Shown here one piece after another: positions 45,056 through 50,129 of a stretch of DNA of 50,129 nucleotides (the stretch's first letter is position 1; the number at the start of each line of letters is the position of its first letter). Under the pieces are notes generated by a model. The model was given only the letters and a program-made list of their open reading frames with translations. It made no database searches and had not been told where the DNA came from. The position numbers and the translations under genes were made by a program. Source of the stretch: Holophagaceae bacterium (GTDB lineage: Bacteria; Acidobacteriota; Holophagae; Holophagales; Holophagaceae); assembly GCA_043784905.1 (NCBI GenBank), contig JAYVXV010000108.1:1-50129 (forward strand), in the 5' to 3' direction.

Positions 45056-46717
45056 TTGGACTTACGCACTGAACTCGCCGCGTTGGCCCTATTGCCGCTT
45101 GCCGAGCGACAGATTCGGCTGGGTGAGTTGCGGGCCCTGTACCGATTAGAGCCGCACCATTTCACGCCAGATATTCTGCGGGAACTGAAAGCTCTTGCCA
45201 CGCCGGATCTCAGCTCACAACTCAAATCGATTTTTGGATTCGATCATTTCCGTCCGGGCCAAGAAGACATCATCCACGCGGTGATGGCCGGGCGGGACGT
45301 GCTGGCGATCATGCCGACGGGGGCTGGGAAATCGCTCACATTTCAGCTTCCGGCGCGGCTGCTGGGCGGCGTCACGCTGGTCATTTCGCCGCTCATCGCG
45401 TTGATGAAAGATCAGGTGGACGCCATGACCGAGGCGGGCCTGAAAGCGACATTCCTGAATTCGAGCCTCGACGCAGAAGAGCGCAGTAAGCGTATCCGCG
45501 CGATCCGTGATGGCCACATCGAGTTGCTCTACGCGGCGCCGGAAGGCCTGGAACTCTACGTGGCGAGCTTGCTGGAGAACCTTGATCTGAAGCTGGTCGC
45601 TGTGGATGAAGCTCACTGCATCAGTCAGTGGGGGCACGATTTCAGACCTGCCTACCGCAATCTCGCTGGCCTGAAAAACCGCTTTCGCAATGTTCCGATC
45701 CTGGCCCTCACCGCCACCGCCACCAAGGACGTTTGTGAGGACATCGTCGCGCAGCTCGCCATGAAAAACGCCGCACGATTTCACGGTTCATTTTTCCGTT
45801 CCAACCTGCATCTTTCGGCCATCAAAAAAGGTGAAGGCCCCTCGGTGCGGGAAGGCATCCTGCGCCTCATACAGGCGCGCCGTGGGCAGAGCGGCATCGT
45901 GTATTGCCTCTCACGCAAAGGTGTGGAATCCACCGCCGAATACCTTGCGGATCATGGCGTAAAAGCCAGGGCCTATCACGCAGGCATGAGCAGCGATGCT
46001 CGCAGCGCGGCGCAAGAGGCTTTCCGCCGGGACGATGTGGATGTCATCGTTGCCACGGTGGCTTTCGGAATGGGTATAGACAAACCGAATATCCGTTTTG
46101 TCATCCACCGCGACATGCCGAAAAGTATTGAAGGTTATTACCAGGAGATCGGCCGTGCGGGCCGCGATGGCGAACCTTCGGACTGCATCCTGTTCTATTC
46201 CTGGGCGGATGTGCTCAGCCTTGACCGGTTCACCGACGATGTGGCCTCGGAACTGGCGCGAGAGCAGCAAAGGCAGACGCGAGCCATGTTTCGCCTGGCC
46301 GATGAATCCGGGTGCCGCCATCAGAGGATCCTTGCTCATTTCGGTGAGCGTATGTCTGCGTGTGGGGCGAGCTGTGACGCCTGCGGCGGGTGGAATGTCA
46401 TGGCCACCGCGCCGAAATCCATTCGTCTTCCCAAGTCCAAAAAGATCCGTCCTGAATCTATTGAACTATCGGAAGAGTCAGCGCCCATGGGCGAAGACGA
46501 GACCCTGTTCATGGAACTCAAAATACTTCGCAAGCGCATTGCCGATGAAAAAGGTCTGCCAGCTTACTTGGTTTTCGGAGATACCGCGCTCAAACAAATG
46601 GCCCAATTCAGACCTACCACCGAAGCAGAATTTCTTGCCATCAGTGGCGTGGGACCCAAAAAGCTAATGCAGCATGGCCAGGCATTTTTGGCGCTGCTGC
46701 GACGAATGGCGGATTGA
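45056..46717 (+). CDS. recQ: ATP-dependent DNA helicase RecQ
   Basis: FGFDHFRPGQEDII, Walker A MPTGAGKS, DEAH box VAVDEAHCISQWGHDFRP, RecQ-Ct zinc Cys cluster, and a C-terminal HRDC (LPAYLVFGDTALKQMA). The start is uncertain (TTG directly after the clpP stop). Confidence 0.9.
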   Translation: MDLRTELAALALLPLAERQIRLGELRALYRLEPHHFTPDILRELKALATPDLSSQLKSIFGFDHFRPGQEDIIHAVMAGRDVLAIMPTGAGKSLTFQLPARLLGGVTLVISPLIALMKDQVDAMTEAGLKATFLNSSLDAEERSKRIRAIRDGHIELLYAAPEGLELYVASLLENLDLKLVAVDEAHCISQWGHDFRPAYRNLAGLKNRFRNVPILALTATATKDVCEDIVAQLAMKNAARFHGSFFRSNLHLSAIKKGEGPSVREGILRLIQARRGQSGIVYCLSRKGVESTAEYLADHGVKARAYHAGMSSDARSAAQEAFRRDDVDVIVATVAFGMGIDKPNIRFVIHRDMPKSIEGYYQEIGRAGRDGEPSDCILFYSWADVLSLDRFTDDVASELAREQQRQTRAMFRLADESGCRHQRILAHFGERMSACGASCDACGGWNVMATAPKSIRLPKSKKIRPESIELSEESAPMGEDETLFMELKILRKRIADEKGLPAYLVFGDTALKQMAQFRPTTEAEFLAISGVGPKKLMQHGQAFLALLRRMAD

Positions 46718-46733
46718 TGGCCCGTCTCGCTCT

Positions 46734-46920
46734 CAAGATAAAGATCACCACCACGGCACGAAGGGCACCAAGAAAACACGAAGCTCCATCACCCATGCTT
46801 CCGGCCCGAAATCGCTTCGCGAGGCGCCTGCGGGCCACCTGAATTTCATCCGCGAAGCTAGCACGTGACGACTTCCTTCGTGGCCTTGGTGTCCTTCGAG
46901 TCTTCGTGGTGAGTTTTTAT
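46734..46920 (+). repeat. Word-arm palindromic element, short form of the conserved core (core 46805-46870)
   Basis: The left arm ..atcaccaccacggcacgaagggcaccaagaaaacacgaagctccatcaccc is over 85% identical to the reverse complement of 29582-29634. The right arm is ccttcgtggccttggtgtccttcgagtcttcgtggtgagtttttat. Confidence 0.85.
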
Positions 46921-46954
46921 CCTTTAGAATGCCGATTCATACGACATCGAATGA

Positions 46955-46993
46955 TAAAAAATGAGCCCGTCTCTCGGCGGGCTCATTTTTTTT
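46955..46993. terminator. Bidirectional intrinsic terminator (recQ / lipoprotein gene)
   Basis: The sequence aaaaaa-atgagcccg-tctctcgg-cgggctcat-ttttttt has a perfect 9-bp stem at 46961-46969 / 46978-46986. Confidence 0.75.
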
Positions 46994-47002
46994 GGCGCGG
47001 CT

Positions 47003-47614
47003 TTAATTCGCGCTGATGGTTCCGACATTAATCGTGATGGTGGTCGGCGTGCTGGCGCCATTGGTGATGACGGCCTTGCCCGACGGAGCACTGAGAGACA
47101 CGGCGCCCAGGGGCACATTGGACTTGAGGTCTACAGCGACGGTCGCCAGGATGCTGGAGGCGGTGAAATTGACGGCCGGTTTGGTGATGCCCTTCTGGTA
47201 GAAGGCCACCTGTAGCTGATCGCCGCCGGTGTTGGCTTTGCCTACCATCAACTGAGGCGCGGTACCCAAATCGAAAAGGACGTTGCGGGCCAGGACCGTA
47301 TCGCTGCTCGCGGGTTTGGACCACGTGACTTTGGCGGGGTCCGTGCTGAGGTAGAAACCCACGCCGGTGCCTTGAGTTCCCACGGGGCCCATCAGATCCA
47401 GCACGAGATGGGTTGAAGTAGATGATCCATTCTTCACCAGCGTGTAGCCACTGCCGGTAGGGTTGGTGTAATCAAGCCGGTCCGCGATGGTCTTGGCGGG
47501 CGGCGTTACGGGTGTTGTAGGTCCGCCACCACCGCCGCTACAGGCCACCAGGCCCGTGAGGGCAACGAGTGCGAAGGAGGAGAGGGTCCATTTAATCAAG
47601 GTGATTTTGCGCAT
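47003..47614 (-). CDS. Lipoprotein with beta-sandwich domain (possibly cohesin-like)
   Basis: Signal peptide plus lipobox MRKITLIKWTLSSFALVALTGLVAC, then a GGGGGPTTPVTPP linker and a beta-rich domain of about 160 aa. It starts 11 nt after the stop of the upstream dockerin-tailed gene. Confidence 0.6.
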   Translation of the reverse strand: MRKITLIKWTLSSFALVALTGLVACSGGGGGPTTPVTPPAKTIADRLDYTNPTGSGYTLVKNGSSTSTHLVLDLMGPVGTQGTGVGFYLSTDPAKVTWSKPASSDTVLARNVLFDLGTAPQLMVGKANTGGDQLQVAFYQKGITKPAVNFTASSILATVAVDLKSNVPLGAVSLSAPSGKAVITNGASTPTTITINVGTISAN

Positions 47615-47625
47615 GGGGTCGTCCC

Positions 47626-50129
47626 TCAAAAACCGGTTAGGAAGATTGTAAGGTCAGCGTCGTCCACGGTGCCGTCTGCATTGAGATCAGTGGCGGAATC
47701 GCTGGAGCCGTAGGCCTTGGCCATCAGAGCGAGATCCAGCACATCCACAGCTCCATCGCCGTTGAGATCCTTGGTTTTGGCGCCAATGACCGTGATGGTT
47801 TTGATGATGGTTTTGGTTAGGTCCGCGCTGGCGGTGGCCGTGATCGTAATGGACCCGGGCGTCGAAGGCGCGGTGAAGACAATAGTGGACGTCGTGGTGC
47901 CCGTGGGAATCCCGAGCGTGCCGCCACCGAGGCTGGTCCAGTTGACGGTTCCGGTATTGACCGTGCCGATGAGCGTCGCGGTCGCGCCGGTGAGGATGGT
48001 GCCCGTTGCCGGGTTCACGCTGACCGTAAAAGTTGTGACGGGTGGAACCACGGTCACGGTGGCCACACCGGATTTGCTGGTGTCCGAAGTGCTGGTGGCG
48101 CGCACGTGGTAGGTACCCCCAGCCGCTGGAGCCGTGTAGGCACCCGTTACAGAATTGACGGTGCCGCCGCCGATCTCATCCACGCTCCAGGAAACACCCG
48201 CGGGACCATTGGTGACGGTTGCGGTGAACCCTTGAGTTCCCGAGGGAGCCAAGCTCACCGTAGGGGGCGTGACGCTCACCGTAAGTACGGGAACGGTCGT
48301 GACCGTCACCGTAGCAGCCGAGAATTTCGTAATGTCCACGGTGCTCGTGGCACGAACATGGTAGGTGCCGGCCACAGCGGGAGCGGTGTAAAGACCTGTG
48401 CCATTCACGGTGCCGCCACCACCTTCGACCACGGACCAGGTGACGCCCGTGTTCGGGTTGCCCGTGACGGTGGAGGTGAACTGCTGGGTGGTGTTGGTCT
48501 GTAGTGAGGTAGTGGGTGGATTCACGGCCACCACCAAAGGCTGAACGTGAACCGTTGCGGTGGCGAATTGGGCGAGATCCGCTTGGGCCGTGGCCTTCAC
48601 GTGGTAGTCGCCGGGGGTCGCAGGCGCGGTATAGACGCCGAGTGCGGTGATGGATCCCCCACCGAGCTCCACTACGCTGTAGGTCGTGCCGCCCTGAGAG
48701 GGAGTGCCTACGAAGGTTTGGTTGCCATTGGGCTGCACGTAGGCCACGGTCGGCGTGATGCCGATGGTCACGGGCACCTGGATGCTCACCGCCGCATCTC
48801 CAAACTTGGTGTTGTCCGCCACGCTGGTGGCACGAACCACGGCGCTGCCGGCGGTGGCGGGCGCGGTGTAGAGGCCCGTGCCGTTGATGACGCCGCCCCC
48901 GCTGAAGACCGACCAGGTGACATTCGTATTCACCGTGTTGGCCACAGCGGCTGAGAATTGTTGAGTCTGGTTGGTGACCAGATTTGCGGGATTGGGGGAG
49001 ACGGTCACGGAAATGGGAATGGGAACCACCGTCACGGCCGCATCGGCAAATTTGGTGTTGTCGGCCACGCTGGTGGCGCGAACCACCGCGCTACCCGTGG
49101 CGCCGGGCGCGGTGTAAAGACCCGTGCCATTGACGCTTCCGGTGCCGCTGAACAGGGACCAGGTGACGGCGGTGTTCGTAGAGCCTGTCACCGTCGGGGT
49201 GAATTGCTGCGTGGTGCTCACGGGCACGTTCACTGGCGTGGGCGTGATGGAAACACTTACGGCTGGCACGCTCACCATGGTGGTACCCGTGCGGGTCGGG
49301 GCCGCGTTGCTGGTGGCGGTGACGGTGACGCTCAAGGGTGAGGCGGGCGGCGGAACCGGCGCGGTGTAGAGGCCAGCGCCGCTAATGGCGCCGCTTGTCG
49401 GGCCTGCAGGGCTGAGGCTCCAGGCGACGGTTTGATCGTTCAGGGGGAACGCAGTCCCTGAAGCCGTTACTGCGGCCGAAAAGGTCTGAGTGGCGCCCGA
49501 TTGAACATTGGTGGTGCCGCCGGGGGCTACGACGACATTCACGCTGGCGGGCGCCACCACGTCCATGAGCCTGGCAACGTTGGTCACGCCGTCCGCTTGG
49601 GCCGTGGCGGTGACGCTAATGCCATTCTGGGCCCCCGCCGGGGCGGTGAAATTGACCGAAGCGCCCGAAGCCACCGCGGCACCCGGAATGGATCCGGCGC
49701 TGGCGGTCCAAAGTAGGTTGGTATTCGGAGCTCCCGTCGAGGTCGCGATGAAGGGCTGTACCCCGTTGGTGACCATGGAGAGACTGGTCGCGGGGGACGT
49801 GATGGTCACGGTGGGAAGGCCCGAAGGCGTGTCCAGCTCCCACACGCCGCGTCCAAACGTTCCGATGCGGACAAAGGTGCCGTCCGGTGCGACATAGATG
49901 TCACGCACCGCCACCACCGGCAGGCCCGCGCCGTAGCGCGACCAGTTGGCACCACCATCGGCGGAGCGATACACGCCGAAATCGGTACCGGCCAGCAAGG
50001 TCTGGTTATTGGTCGGATCGTTCTGAATGCAGTGGACGGGAATCCCGCTGGGGAATCCCGTGCCCTCAAGGTGAGTCCAGTTGGCCCCGCTATCGGTGCT
50101 CTTCCAGAGATGCCGGACCGCCGCGAGGC
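47626..50129 (-). CDS. Large surface protein (5' partial): BNR/Asp-box propeller, about 8-9 Ig-like BIG2 repeats, C-terminal dockerin-like EF-hand pair
   Basis: The frame stays open to the window end (..WKSTDSGANWTHLEG..YRSADGGANWSRYG Asp-boxes). Repeats of about 80 aa carry the ..TQQF...V.WS....G.V...GLYTAP....Y.V.AT pattern. The tail is DLNGDGAVDVLDLALMAKAYG..DLNADGTVDDADLTIFLTGF. Confidence 0.8.
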   Translation of the reverse strand, partial: LAAVRHLWKSTDSGANWTHLEGTGFPSGIPVHCIQNDPTNNQTLLAGTDFGVYRSADGGANWSRYGAGLPVVAVRDIYVAPDGTFVRIGTFGRGVWELDTPSGLPTVTITSPATSLSMVTNGVQPFIATSTGAPNTNLLWTASAGSIPGAAVASGASVNFTAPAGAQNGISVTATAQADGVTNVARLMDVVAPASVNVVVAPGGTTNVQSGATQTFSAAVTASGTAFPLNDQTVAWSLSPAGPTSGAISGAGLYTAPVPPPASPLSVTVTATSNAAPTRTGTTMVSVPAVSVSITPTPVNVPVSTTQQFTPTVTGSTNTAVTWSLFSGTGSVNGTGLYTAPGATGSAVVRATSVADNTKFADAAVTVVPIPISVTVSPNPANLVTNQTQQFSAAVANTVNTNVTWSVFSGGGVINGTGLYTAPATAGSAVVRATSVADNTKFGDAAVSIQVPVTIGITPTVAYVQPNGNQTFVGTPSQGGTTYSVVELGGGSITALGVYTAPATPGDYHVKATAQADLAQFATATVHVQPLVVAVNPPTTSLQTNTTQQFTSTVTGNPNTGVTWSVVEGGGGTVNGTGLYTAPAVAGTYHVRATSTVDITKFSAATVTVTTVPVLTVSVTPPTVSLAPSGTQGFTATVTNGPAGVSWSVDEIGGGTVNSVTGAYTAPAAGGTYHVRATSTSDTSKSGVATVTVVPPVTTFTVSVNPATGTILTGATATLIGTVNTGTVNWTSLGGGTLGIPTGTTTSTIVFTAPSTPGSITITATASADLTKTIIKTITVIGAKTKDLNGDGAVDVLDLALMAKAYGSSDSATDLNADGTVDDADLTIFLTGF

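Overview
About 50 kb of a high-GC bacterial chromosome, tightly packed with housekeeping genes on both strands. I call about 49 CDS and 2 tRNAs. The CDS include topA, murA, tig, clpP, recQ, rpmB, hup, tmk, holB, dprA, tsaB, rimI, surE, apt, htpX, fadH, ETF-QO and lepB. Gene content (TIGR02300/FYDLN_acid protein, MJ0042-type zinc ribbon, fused ECF sigma, BIG2/dockerin surface protein) suggests an Acidobacteriota- or Myxococcota-like lineage, but that is only an impression. I see no transposase, integrase, CRISPR array, prophage gene or recognisable defence or toxin module. What the genes do not explain lies between them. (1) A dense family of palindromic intergenic elements has arms built from short tandem 'words' (at least 10 full and about 5 partial copies). 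Three copies share a conserved core that folds into long hairpins. (2) Two 104-bp direct repeats (about 91% identical) bracket a 4-gene operon (Tat-signal Rieske protein, DUF2231-like membrane protein, TatA, and an ECF sigma factor fused directly to a transmembrane and RskA-like domain). Each repeat lies just upstream of a minus-strand start codon. (3) A YcaQ/AlkZ-like gene is split by a frameshift at a G6 run. (4) A dockerin-tailed BNR/BIG2 giant protein is followed by a possibly cohesin-like lipoprotein. All functional calls come from motif recognition by eye. No database search was run.
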